Positions 37,701 through 48,705 of a stretch of DNA of 64,000 nt are shown here, piece after piece. A model generated the notes under the pieces. It made no database searches and was not told the origin of the DNA. It worked only from the letters and a program-made list of their open reading frames with translations. The stretch is from Octopus sinensis (taxonomy: Eukaryota): positions 930,001 through 994,000 of the forward strand of contig NC_043005.1 in NCBI RefSeq assembly GCF_006345805.1, in the 5' to 3' direction. The translations under genes and the position numbers were made by a program. The first letter of the stretch is position 1. Every line of letters starts with the position of its first letter.

Positions 37701-40700
37701 CCAACAGCATGCTAGTTTCTGCATTGACCACCAGATAAGTGATTGGGGGAGCCTGTCAAAGGCTTTCTCCAAGTCAACAAAAGCCTAGCACAGAGGCTTA
37801 TCTTTGGCTAGGTATTTCTCCTGCAGCTGCCTTACCAGAAATATAGCATCAGCGGTGCTTCTCTCTGGCATAAAAGCAAACTGCATCTCATCTAGACTAA
37901 CTCTCTCCCTAATTAGTTGGGCTGTGACTCTCTCCATAACTTTCATCACCCGATCCAACAATCTGATACCCGTGTAATTATTTCTATCCAAGGCATCACC
38001 TTTCCATTTGTAGCAGTTCACTATGGTGCTGCTATACCAGTCATTCGGTATAGCTCCTTCATGTACAACTTGATTAACTATACCGGTGACTAGAGCATAA
38101 CCCATACCACCAGATCTTTTAACCATTTCAGTGGTTATTCCAGATGGGCCAGGGGCTTTTCCCATCTTCATATCCTTCATGGCTTTGTCTACCATGCTAC
38201 TGTCTATTTGAATTACTGGTCCCTCTGTTGGATCCTTACTAGGCAGACTCTCCTCCCTCTCCCATGAGTTCTCCACATTTAATTGCGTTTGTTAGTGGCA
38301 CTTTCAAATCTCCTTCTTTGCAGGGTCACTAACTGCCAGTGACCCATCATCCATGTGGAGACATTTCTCTCCTATCACATCACGATTTTCTCTGACATAC
38401 TGTCCTACCACATCACAGTTTAAAATAATTTACAAACCATTCACTCCAGTTCAGGGAACCACACTCTTCTGAAGTCACCCATTCATACTTTAAACAATGT
38501 TTTTGTGTGATATTTGTACTTGTCATTTCTTCCCCCCCACTTCTATTCTATCATAAAGCAAAATGCAACAAGCATAACTATTTGCTGCAGAGTTGGATAG
38601 TTTGTGTCTGATAATGAAAGTGATGTTTCTATTAAAAACTTGTGAAGGATGTAAAAAGTAGTTTTATTAAAATCACAGTCTTTTTGCTGAGTCAAAAACA
38701 CGTGATCGTTTCCTCTTATTTCTAGCCTCAATTATTCCAGACAATACAAATAGATAAGTGCTCCCCGTCCTATTTATCGTCTTACTATTATGACATGTAA
38801 TATATCCCAATATGTCTCAGGTGAGAACAGTATCAGCACATATCATGTTCCTTCCTATATTATTTCAACCAATCACCTCCTTTTTATGTCTTTATCCGCT
38901 GTTCTCTCTCTCCACTCTGCCACATGTTAAATACTTTTCTTATCTGCTATCATTCTCAATATCCTCTCATAAGCCCCATATTTATCCTTTCGGACATCCA
39001 GCAATAGAAACTATAGCTAAGATGACATTGCAGCTTGCCAGTTCTGTTTCAAACTGGCCTGGAAATGGGGACTATTTCCAGTATTATGAAGGCTTTTGAA
39101 ATTAGTGAATAAATTCTGTTTTACATGCATTTTAGTTGGATAATGTATACAATTCCTCAGTATTAAAATTTCCTCATCATATTTGGTGATATTTAAATAA
39201 GTTGTCCTCCAAAATAACCACATTCATGTCAGTATATAAAAAGTTGTTTTATGGAACCAATTTAAATCTCTTTGAAATATGTAGGGATGTATTTTAAGCT
39301 CCAACATATATTAATAAAGTTAAAATGTATTTTTCAGCATCTCTCTAATTTTATAAACAAACAGATTCAGTCAAAATATTCTCTTTCCAGAGGGTACCGG
39401 TATTTTATTCTTTGAGTTTTGTCGGATTCTGTCAATTGTTCAAAGGTTGTGCAAAGATCGACATGTCTTTTGGCTTTATGAAAATGTTGCTGCAATGAAA
39501 ACCAGTTACAAAAATATAATCTCCAGATTCCTAGGTGTAAGTACTAATTTCTAAATTAAGATGTTGATTAAATATCTGTTTTCATATGTTTAGCACTGTG
39601 GTAGTTAGATTAGATAACTTATAGAATCCAACCAGTTATAAATTTTAAGGTTTAAGTAAAATATAGCATGTACTTCTGTTTTACAGAATGGTATGAATTA
39701 AATTTTGTTGACTTCGAATTGTTTTGCAAATGATAAATGTCTTTGAATGGTTTCAGAAAAAATACTTATTGAACATGAAAATAACGATTTCTTTATTGTT
39801 CCTTCAAGGGCATTGAGTGACAGAATAATGTTACAAACTATGCTTATTTGATAAAAATGAAGGTATTCATATGTGCTAGTTCCAAGTGGGGTTTTAAGAG
39901 AATAGATAACATCTTTCTATCTAGATGTCTTTTCAGACATAATTACTTTCGAAAGAATTATGCATGAAAGCCTAAACAGGATAAACTTACAATTAGAATG
40001 TTAGACAGGGCAGTGAACTGACAGAATATCTTGTGGGTATTTTCCTCAAAATTGCTGGCCTTGTCAGACATGCATTTGCTGTTCAAGAAGAAAGACTATT
40101 TTAAAATGTTATTCTCTGAATTTTTATAAGATATTCAGTTGTGTTGGTGCATTCACAAGATTTAAATATACAGTCAAAGGTTTTCAAGATATTTGAGTCC
40201 ACTTAATTTCATGATTTACTTGTAGTGTAAACCTGCTCTCTGGGATGCAAAGTTTTTCTCAGCACAACACAGGCCCAGGTATTTCTGGGGTAACTTACCA
40301 ACAATATACAGGTAAGGTTGACATTCAATTTTGAAATAACTGCATAATCTTTTAAGCTATAATTTATATTTTAACAAATGAAATTAAACTAGATTGAGTA
40401 AATAGGAGGTATTACTAGTCAGAAATAATTTGATGACTATATTTGATACAATGTCTTAGCTATGACAATTCTATCATTTATAGTGAATGTCATTTTTTCA
40501 TTATTCCCAGCAGAAGAGTAAAATAATTTGGCAATTTAGTCACCAATGATTGTTTTCTGACATTTTATATAGATATTCCTTTGCAATAAAAAATATTCTG
40601 ATGTATAAATGAGGAGTAATTTCATCATATTGACTTGCTTAGGATAGTTTATATAGAGACGAAAACTGCAGTAATGCTAAAGTAATACTGGCCAGCTCAA

Positions 40701-42446
40701 TTCAAACTAAACCAAAAGTATATATAAAATTCACAATGTCTTATCTGTATGTTTAGTGTCAGTTTATCATTTAAAGACTTCTTCAATAATTATTTATTTA
40801 ATGTAAACATTTTCTTCCAGTTCACAGCCAACAACTGAAGATGATTCTCTTTACTTAGATAAAATTCTTTCACCAAACTGCAACAGAAAGGCTAGAGTAA
40901 GTTGGTTCGATTTTCTATACCTAGACAATAGCTGTCTTGAGAAGTATGATTCACAACCTATCATATCTGTATGTTTGAAACAACAGTATTGTCTCAAAAA
41001 TGCCAGTTAATAAATATCGATTCATTAACTAAATACCAGAAAGGAAATATATACTGTTGATATGTTTGTGGTGCATGGCTACAATCCATTAACTTATAAC
41101 AGTAAAGGAAGACTAATACATCATTTAGGCATTGTAAAATATCAATGTATTTTGTCATCAGGTGAAACAGCTACGGACAGTGACAACAAGAAGTAACTCA
41201 CTCAGACAGGGAAAAAATGAAAATATTTTGCCAGTTGAAATGGATGGAGAAGAAGACGCTATTTGGATTACAGAATTGGAAAAGTAAGTCTTTTCTGCTT
41301 ATTACGGTGAAATAAATTTCTACAAATATTTTGGTTCTTAGTTGCTGAACCTGCAGGAAAGAACTACACTCTTTAAACCTATGGGGAAAAATATGGCATA
41401 GGGGACACAAGGGTGAAAATAGAGTAATTGACTTCTCACCTTTTCAGATAAAGGTATAATTATTGTGTTTGATAAAAAGGTAGTTGTCTAGCCCCATGAC
41501 CAAAGCTATTTCAGCGGTGATCATCTGATCCACTTGGATTACATATCCCCTCCCCCACGACGACGACCAACTAAAGCCAACAGTTTAGCAGTTTTGCAAT
41601 TTGGCAACTAACCTTTTGGCCCCTATTAATCCTGACTGCTTGTTATACTTTAATAACTGGTAGCAATATTGAAATGACATTTTTGTGATAATCTCTGGTC
41701 ATTCATCATCATCGTTTAATGTCCGTTTTCCATGCTGGCACGGGTTGGGCAGTTCAACTGGGGTCTGGAGAGCCAGAAGGCTGCGCCAGGCCCAGTCTGA
41801 TCTGGCAGTGTTTCTACGGCTGGATGCTCTTCCTAAACGCCAACCACTCCGTGAGTGTAGTGGGTGCTTTTTACGTGCCACTTGCACAGGTGCCAGACGA
41901 GGCTGGCAAACGGCCACGAACGGATGGTGCATTTTACGTGCCACCGGCACGGAGGCCGCACGCTAAGCCCAAATCTACTTTTGCTGTAAAGAGAACAAGG
42001 AACGCTTATTCAAAATGTTGCTCTTTGATGAACTGAGGAAGTCGTCTGCTTTCATTTCTGATGCTGTTGTTTCTAACGAAAGTTTATAAAATGATTTCCA
42101 AAAGCATAACAATATTTTCTTTGGAATATTTTTCAAGTCAATAATTGATATTTCAAACTGCTATGGTAAATTCTAACTTGTGGCACAGCTTATGTCTGCA
42201 AATGTTTTCTTTTTTTTAGAGGAAAGCCTGTATTCTACACTTTCCTACCAACAGATAAATATTCCACATTTCCTCTCTTTAAAGTTTGTATCTTATTTCA
42301 GAATCTTTGGTTTTCCTACACATTATACTGATGTACGAAATCTTAATCACAGCCGTCGACAGCGGCTCCTTGGAAGAGCTTGGAGTGTTCCAGTAATTAA
42401 GTTCCTGTTATCCCCATTGACCAAATTATTCCACACTGCTACTTAA
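15906..42446 (+). CDS. DNMT3: DNA (cytosine-5)-methyltransferase 3 family gene, 3' part: 12 coding exons, 1200 nt, 399 aa + stop (ADD domain + catalytic domain); 5' exons not found in window
   Basis: Manually spliced AG/GT-bounded exons with consistent phases. They give PHD-type Cys spacing (CSIC..C....C....C..C..WSCFLC), motif I LFDGIGTG, motif [11 protein letters not shown], motif VI ENV, motif [22 protein letters not shown] and C-terminal FGFP.HYTDV...[14 protein letters not shown], colinear with DNMT3A as I know it. Confidence 0.97.
17454..17518 (+). CDS. DNMT3: DNMT3 exon ([22 protein letters not shown]), ADD PHD finger
   Basis: tttcag|GCT...AG|gtaaca; 65 nt, phase 0-2. Confidence 0.93.
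17638..18023. mobile_element. Fold-back element (~150-bp imperfect inverted arms) with a hammerhead-like motif in the spacer
   Basis: aacatggcagtcctggtttaggac...gccccagga at 17663-17712 mirrors 17948-17998; arms about 17638-17786 and 17875-18023. Confidence 0.85.
17812..17856 (+). ncRNA. Minimal type I hammerhead ribozyme-like motif (imperfect helix II)
   Basis: tgtg-CTGATGA-agg gaaataa cct-g-GAAA-tcgcga-TA-caca; helix I tgtg/caca; palindromic helix III ATCGCGAT; one extra G before GAAA. Confidence 0.6.
18241..18295 (+). CDS. DNMT3: DNMT3 exon ([18 protein letters not shown])
   Basis: ttgtag|A...CTG|gtaagt; 55 nt, phase 2-0. Confidence 0.93.
18940..19915 (+). mobile_element. Highly decayed RTE LINE fragment
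   Basis: [12 protein letters not shown]...[12 protein letters not shown]; later LHGSETWA remnant. Confidence 0.75.
19922..20305 (-). mobile_element. RTE 3' UTR-derived short repeat ending in (GAT)n
   Basis: catcatcatcgtttaacgtc...ggatgcccttcctaacgccaaccac. Further copies at about 33160-33435 (+), 41700-41960 (-), 50330-50720 (+) and 52004-52135 (-). Confidence 0.85.
20814..22560 (+). pseudogene. piggyBac transposase pseudogene (PGBD-like DDD domain), stops and frameshifts, 3' end cut by an RTE
   Basis: Acidic N-terminus [15 protein letters not shown]; [14 protein letters not shown]; [10 protein letters not shown]; QYMP..PAKYGIK; [11 protein letters not shown]; [10 protein letters not shown]. 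Confidence 0.92.
22575..23460 (-). mobile_element. RTE LINE fragment
   Basis: [16 protein letters not shown]...[15 protein letters not shown]. Confidence 0.88.
24829..24963 (+). CDS. DNMT3: DNMT3 exon ([12 protein letters not shown]...HQKLA), end of ADD domain
   Basis: tattag|ATT...GCG|gtttgt; 135 nt; PWxCxxC motif. The donor is the least certain boundary. Confidence 0.88.
25200..26819 (+). mobile_element. CR1/L2(Jockey)-group LINE remnant, RT to 3' tail
   Basis: [16 protein letters not shown]; [19 protein letters not shown]; PQETVLGPL; ADDTKI; LNYCSQL; RGPQLF; tail gcagtgctcc.gcatggc...tgactgaaac..taaaagaata. Confidence 0.9.
27370..27766. repeat. Compound (TA)n/(CA)n/(TATG)n microsatellite
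   Basis: Directly visible. Confidence 0.97.
27767..28840 (+). mobile_element. Penelope-like element C-terminal ORF (~355 aa uninterrupted): Zn-finger linker + GIY-YIG endonuclease, no RT
   Basis: WLIIPY...RHF...[18 protein letters not shown]; CNCR...C...CL..AVYQ...VYIGAT...KQR..H...STGLS.YIW.LK...W.I...APVY...C.LC.NE. Confidence 0.9.
30704..31109 (-). mobile_element. Full-length tRNA-derived SINE with internal (TA/TG)n and (GAATAAAA)n tail
   Basis: Pol III A-box-like TGGCTGTGTGG (31088-31098) and B-box-like GGTTCAGTCC (31046-31055); tail gcatggccgcagtcaaatgactgaaacaagtaaaagaataaaagaata. Confidence 0.92.
31241..31367 (+). ncRNA. Decayed type I hammerhead motif, probably the pseudo-LTR of the Penelope-like element
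   Basis: atct-CCGAAGA-GGCC...GGCC-AAAA-cagctg-TA-agat. Two core changes (CTGA>CCGA, GAAA>AAAA). Internal 10-bp stem tgtctcattt/aaatgagaca. Confidence 0.6.
31745..31796. repeat. (TA)n(TG)n microsatellite
   Basis: Directly visible. Confidence 0.95.
32183..32264 (+). CDS. DNMT3: DNMT3 exon ([28 protein letters not shown]), motif I
   Basis: tttcag|GAA...ACAG|gtaata; 82 nt, phase 0-1. Confidence 0.97.
32387..33155 (+). mobile_element. Internally deleted Tc1/mariner-superfamily transposon (769 bp)
   Basis: TIRs caggatgttcaggctaaattt / acatttagcccaaacatcctg followed by TA; transposase C-terminus [18 protein letters not shown]...[13 protein letters not shown]. Confidence 0.88.
33660..34672 (+). 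mobile_element. 5'-truncated RTE LINE with complete 3' UTR and (GAT)n tail
   Basis: [24 protein letters not shown]...[10 protein letters not shown]; tail ttaaacgatgatgatgatg; 21-bp duplication at the 5' junction (33619-33660). Confidence 0.92.
34780..34925 (+). CDS. DNMT3: DNMT3 exon ([22 protein letters not shown]...[11 protein letters not shown]), motifs II-III
   Basis: ttccag|GT...AAG|gtaact; 146 nt, phase 1-0. Confidence 0.96.
35811..35904 (+). CDS. DNMT3: DNMT3 exon ([31 protein letters not shown]), catalytic Cys at 35856-35858
   Basis: tgtcag|CTG...GAAG|gtatag; 94 nt, phase 0-1. Confidence 0.97.
35990..38530 (-). mobile_element. Cluster of at least two RTE LINE fragments (overlapping element coordinates)
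   Basis: ORF 37785-38276 ([21 protein letters not shown]); C-terminal region represented twice (about 36330-36830 and 36860-37300). Confidence 0.88.
39391..39536 (+). CDS. DNMT3: DNMT3 exon ([14 protein letters not shown]...WLYENVAAM...ISRFLG), motif VI
   Basis: ttccag|AG...GGT|gtaagt; 146 nt, phase 1-0. Confidence 0.97.
40226..40311 (+). CDS. DNMT3: DNMT3 exon ([29 protein letters not shown]), motif VIII
   Basis: ttgtag|TGT...AG|gtaagg; 86 nt, phase 0-2. Confidence 0.97.
40821..40896 (+). CDS. DNMT3: DNMT3 exon ([25 protein letters not shown])
   Basis: ttccag|T...AGA|gtaagt; 76 nt, phase 2-0. Confidence 0.92.
41162..41283 (+). CDS. DNMT3: DNMT3 exon ([18 protein letters not shown]...WITELE-K), target recognition domain
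   Basis: catcag|GTG...AA|gtaagt; 122 nt, phase 0-2. Confidence 0.97.
42302..42446 (+). CDS. DNMT3: DNMT3 last coding exon ([47 protein letters not shown])
   Basis: tttcag|A ATC...TAA; motifs IX-X; ends at the stop of the ORF-track entry 42180-42446. Confidence 0.97.
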
Positions 42447-45400
42447 TGTAAGTAAAACAAACATCATTATGCAAGAACAAACAAACAATTAGTGTCACTG
42501 AGTGCACGTTTTAAAATGTCGTTTGCATCACTCCAGGTCACTAGACTTATTATTTCGTTCGAAAAGAGTACAATGTTTTGGCTTACTCTCTTAAGTCTAT
42601 GGAAAGTATTTCAAGGTCCATATTTTCTTATTTGAATTAAATATACCTTCATCCTCCTGATGTTTCTGTCATTCTGTATATAATTATTTGATAGAGTTGT
42701 AGTGTAGACCCAGGTAAGTTGATTGGTAGAAGCATGTTTATCTATCAACTCCCAGTGTTTGTGAGGAATTGTACAAACATCAATGTGTGTGTGTAAGTTT
42801 ACTGTCTCTGTCAAGTAGTGGGCTTCACTGGCAAAGATGTTTAGTAAGATTATCTTATTTGGAAGAGTGCAGAAGTCCTTATAACACAGATGCTAGTGAA
42901 ATGCATTTCCTTGAATAGAGTAAACCAACTCTGAAGAAGTGGGTTTTGTGTGTTTGTTGCATTGCTAAGTAAGATGTTGATATCAGCAGATTCTTTGTTG
43001 AAACCTTTGCCTGACTGACTGGAAATGGCACATCTGTTGTCATAAGGCTGTTTCAAAGAAAGCCAGCCTCTCTTTGATTTTATCGTTCATTAAAAAAGAA
43101 AAAGTCAAAAGATGTCAACTATATTAGTTGGTCTCCAGAAAAATATCTTTTAACATTAGCTAGAAGTTCCAATTACCTGCCACTCTGCTCCATCAGATTA
43201 CCAGCAACAAGACATGAGATTGTTAATTTGTTGGATATTTTTATAAATCTAGCCTGTATCTCTGTACTTTATGTGTTGTGTCAGAATCTGAAAAAGTCAA
43301 ATCTGCAGATGAATAACATTGAAAATAGCTTTATGTTCAGATGAAGCTGACGATGGTGAAGGCTGTAGTGAAAATAAGTGACAAAAGAAAATTTGGGAAG
43401 TAATTTGTTAAATATATTTACTATCTTGTGTACAAAAAAAAAAAAAAAAAAGAGAGACATTTATATGTCTAAAGTAAATTTTATATTTTCCATGAATCCC
43501 ATTAAATAAATTCTACACAGATTGTGGAGATTGGCTCCTAGCTGATGACACTTAACGGCCATGCAGACATATCATGGTTGGGGGGAGGGGCACGAGAAAA
43601 AAAAATATATGCAATGAAAATAGAATGTTACACTATTTACATTGATTAAAAACTGTCTTACACAAAGGGGTGGGGAGTTGAATGAGGAGACATTAGTTTG
43701 TTGGGTCCGATCAGCTTCTTAATTTATTTGCTTGGAATCAGCTGCAGTTTGCCAATAATAATAATAATAATAATGGTGGCAGGGGAGAATTAGTGTAGCG
43801 ATTGTCTGAGGAATGAAAGAAATGGTTGGGAGAAACAATAACTAAGTGACAGCAAATTTGTGAGGCATTGGGTATCAAGTAATTTCAACAATGGGTTTAT
43901 TTAAAATAAAATGAAACTCAATGGAAACTGTAAAATTACAGAACCCTTCCTTTACTATAACAAAGAATCTCAAACCCCTATGAACCACTGAGATTTATTT
44001 TTCAATAAAGTAATATTTCTGGTTGATTTCTTCATGGTAGCAGGTATTGGATATGAAGAAGAAATGTTTAAACAAATATATTTTTCTGCTGACAAACTGA
44101 AACAAGTTGAATATTTTAACTCGGAGAGAGAAATACTGCAATGACATGGTTGGAACCCATTTTCACAGCATTTGCACCATAAAAAAAATTCAAAAGCAGT
44201 GACATGCATTGAAAAATATTGGCATGATAATATAAAAAAACCTTAGTGTAAACTTACTATCTTATGTGTGTCTATAGCTGCACAACCAAATAGACATTTC
44301 ACTGCATTTTATATCAATTACTAACATAATTAAACAAAGTGGGTCTCCTAAATACTAGAGCAAGCAACTATGAACATTGCACTAGCTATGAGAGAGGCAG
44401 GAAAAGGGTGGATCTGGCTTAGCTGAGCACTCCACAGACTCTTGTACCCTTAACATAATTCTTGAGTAGAATCAGCATGACAAGGCTGTACAATTCATTT
44501 GATATTTGGCTTGAAGATACAGATTTACACACACACACAAAGGACAATTACTTTCAAATTTATGGAGAGGTAAAATAAGCTGTTTTTACGGTGATGTAAT
44601 TATTGATTTGGGCTTTGGAATTTTCAAAGGGTGAAAGAAAAGAAAAAGTTTGTTAGAGGAAAATAAGATTAAATGAGAGGGGCAGAAAGAGGAGATAAAG
44701 GGTTGATTACAGTATAAAAGATATATAAATGTAAAATACTCTTGAATTCACAAGGGAGAGATTGAAATGTGTTAAACTGACATTTCATAACACACATGGG
44801 CATTGTGTTGAAAAACTATTATAAAACAGTTTGAAAGAGAATAACTCATCTCAACACTTTCAAGCAAATACACACACACACAGTCCTAACACATATATCT
44901 ATATATTTTTCAGACACATTCTTGTGGTTTGAGAGGTATCCAAATAAAGGGCAACTTCTTGTTATCCCCAGACATGCCAGCATCAGAAACCAAAAGCTAG
45001 AAGGGAAGCTTAACTAAGTCCAGTAAACTAAATCGCCTTCACTGCATGTTTTCCATTACTAATTGTTCTCAATTGGCTGGAATTTGCAGCTTGTTTTCAA
45101 AACAAATTAAAATAAACCAAATTGTCTAGATCAGTCCTTAAAACTGTTATGAACTTGCTTGTAGCTAACAATGGTAGACAGAGCCCCTGCCCCCAGTTAG
45201 TGTGCAACAGGTTGTTAGTGGCTAAATAAATGAACAACTGCAAATCACAGTGGTTAGAGGATGAGTATATAAGGGATTGGTTGCTGGTCACAGTGAATGG
45301 TAATTAAGGTTAATCAGAGATCAGTTAACATGTTCCGCAAAGCCATTCATTGACAGGTCGGGGTATTGGTATCGTTGTATTTCATTGGGAGAGGAAGAAG

Positions 45401-46149
45401 AGGAGGGGAAGGTTGTGGTGGCATTGGCTGCAGCATAAAGGGTGTGAGTGGAGCAGGAGTTGGTGGTTAACTGGGTAGGTGGGTATCATCATGGTAAGGG
45501 TGGCCAGTGCCAGCAAAGATAATTCCAGTAGCACAACTTTATGAAATGTATCAATGGCTACTTTGAAGAAACACTAAACTCTTGGCAAAAGTTTTCAGGA
45601 ATCAATCAGCTATGTGACCAAGATTGCTGTCACAACAGCTACATTAATGTTGGAAAAAGTTGCTGTCTTCGATATAGCTGGTTGATTATATATATATATA
45701 TGTATATATAATAATTTTGCATTTTCTTTCCTCTATTTAAAAAAAAAGCTTGTTTTCTTCATGTTAGTCAGTCTAACAAATGGAAGCACCAAAAGCTTCA
45801 TTTCTTCATTATCTGTGGCCAGCCCTGTCCTAGGTCCATGAGAGCAGTCAGCAGAGATATCATCAGGTCATCGTTGATAATCATCAAGGGGTTGGACGAC
45901 TGTCTCTGAAATAGACAAATTGCACACATATTAATTGTACAAAATATACACACATATCATGTACAAATAGGAGAAAAAGTGTTGAAAATATGTAGACTTT
46001 ATTAGTTAGAAGCTGATGATTCATCGTGTGGCTACTCCCATTACGGGACTCGAGTGGTATCACCTGGAAGATTGCACAGGGTGGAAAGTAACAAAAGTTT
46101 TATTTTTAAAGTTCTTATAAGAATATTTTACTAAACAAGAAGTGTTCTG

Positions 46150-46692
<543 letters not shown>

Positions 46693-46817
46693 ATATAACA
46701 ATTTAGGAATGGCCTAGACAGGCCATTCGTCCACTAGAAAGAGCAGCCATAACTCCAACCGCCAAGTAGTGTAATTCGGAAATAAGGTGAAAATTTAAAA
46801 ACATTTACCCTAATTCA

Positions 46818-46918
46818 TCTTTTATACGATGCATCGTTTCAGTGTCTTTAATGATAGACCAGCTTAATTAAATTAAATTAAGCTAGTCTACCATAGGTCA
46901 CACTTCATCAGTAAAAGA
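46818..46918 (-). ncRNA. Type I hammerhead ribozyme (reverse-strand copy)
   Basis: Exact reverse complement of 47301-47401. Confidence 0.88.
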
Positions 46919-47300
46919 AACCTGGGAGAGACGGATATATACGAGGCGACTGTATCAATGCCTCGGGAATATCTGTCTTAAAATTTTCAAGACCAACGCA
47001 TTCGCGCCAAACTTATCGGCAGCAAATATAAACTGCCGATTCAATCTCAGAATTAGTCAGAAAATTATCAATTAATCAATTTAGGGTAGCAAAAAATTCA
47101 GTAAAAATTTATCGCTACCAGCGGCCTAATGGAAAAGAGAAAATAGTCAAAGACTAAATATGTATAAATATAACAATTTAGGAATGGCCTAGACAGGCCA
47201 TTCGTCCACTAGAAAGAGCAGCCATAACTCCAACCGCCAAGTAGTGTAATTCGGAAATAAGGTGAAAATTTAAAAACATTTACCCTAATTCTCCCAGGTT

Positions 47301-47401
47301 TCTTTTACTGATGAAGTGTGACCTATGGTAGACTAGCTTAATTTAATTTAATTAAGCTGGTCTATCATTAAAGACACTGAAACGATGCATCGTATAAAAG
47401 A
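47301..47401 (+). ncRNA. Type I hammerhead ribozyme with extended helix II; predicted cleavage after GUA at 47394
   Basis: Helix I tctttta/taaaaga (7 bp); CTGATGA 47308-47314; helix II agtgt/acact plus an 18-bp inner stem with two G-U pairs; GAAA 47379-47382; palindromic helix III ACGATGCATCGT. Confidence 0.9.
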
Positions 47402-47624
47402 TGAATTAGGGTAAATGTTTTTAAATTTTCACCTTATTTCCGAATTACACTACTTGGCGGTTGGAGTTATGGCTGCTCTTTCTAGTGGACGAATGGCCTG
47501 TCTAGGCCATTCCTAAATTGTTATATTTATACATATTTAGTCTTTGACTATTTTCTCTTTTCCATTAGGCCGCTGGTAGCGATAAATTTTTACTGAATTT
47601 TTTGCTACCCTAAATTGATTAATT

Positions 47625-47717
47625 TATATGTATATATATATGTTATATGTATATACATATATATATATATGTATATACATATATATACATATATATATAT
47701 ATGTATATACATATATG

Positions 47718-47770
<53 letters not shown>

Positions 47771-48627
47771 ATATATATATATATGTATATGTATATATGT
47801 ATATATGTATATATGTATGTGTGTATATATGTATATATGTATATGTATATATGTATATATGTATGTGTGTATATATGTATATATGTATGTGTGTATATAT
47901 GTATATATGTATGTGTGTATATATGTATATATGTATGTGTGTATATATGTATATATGTATGTGTGTATATATGTATATATGTATGTGTGTATATATGTAT
48001 ATATGTATGTGTGTATATATGTATATATGTATGTGTGTATATATGTATATATGTATGTGTGTATATATGTATATATGTATGTGTGTATATATGTATGTGT
48101 GTATGTGTGTATATATGTATGTGTGTATGTGTGTATATATGTATGTGTGTATATATGTATGTGTGTATGTGTGTATATATGTATGTGTGTATATATGTAT
48201 ATATGTATGTGTGTATATATGTATGTGTGTATATATGTATATATGTATGTGTGTATATATGTATATATGTATGTGTGTATATATGTATATATGTATGTGT
48301 GTATATATGTATATATGTATGTGTGTATATATGTATATATGTATGTGTGTATATATGTATGTGTGTATGTATGTATATATGTATGTGTGTATGTATGTAT
48401 ATATGTATGTGTGTATGTATGTATATATGTATGTGTGTATGTATGTATATATATATGTGTGTATGTATGTATATATATATGTATATATATATATATGTAT
48501 ATGTATATATATATATATGTATATGTATATATATATGTATATGTATATGTATATGTATATATATATATGTATATGTATATGTATATATATATGTATATAT
48601 ATATGTATATATATATGTATATATATG

Positions 48628-48660
<33 letters not shown>

Positions 48661-48673
48661 GTATATATATATG

Positions 48674-48703
<30 letters not shown>
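47625..48703. repeat. 1.1-kb TA/TG compound microsatellite with a 24-bp higher-order unit (ATATGTATGTGTGTATATATGTAT)
   Basis: Regular 24-nt periodicity from about 47810 to 48350. Confidence 0.93.

Positions 48704-48705
<2 letters not shown>

Larger units (their letters stand above)
46693..47624. mobile_element. Hammerhead-bearing non-coding element: 475-bp monomer, partial tandem plus head-to-head inverted copy
   Basis: A (46693-46815) repeats at 47168-47290; 47291-47624 is the reverse complement of D-A-B; copies appear identical by eye. Confidence 0.9.

Noticed and set aside
45321-45470. 50-codon open frame on the - strand ending ...GFAEHVN*
   Set aside because: Weak acceptor, no recognisable homology; could be UTR or chance.
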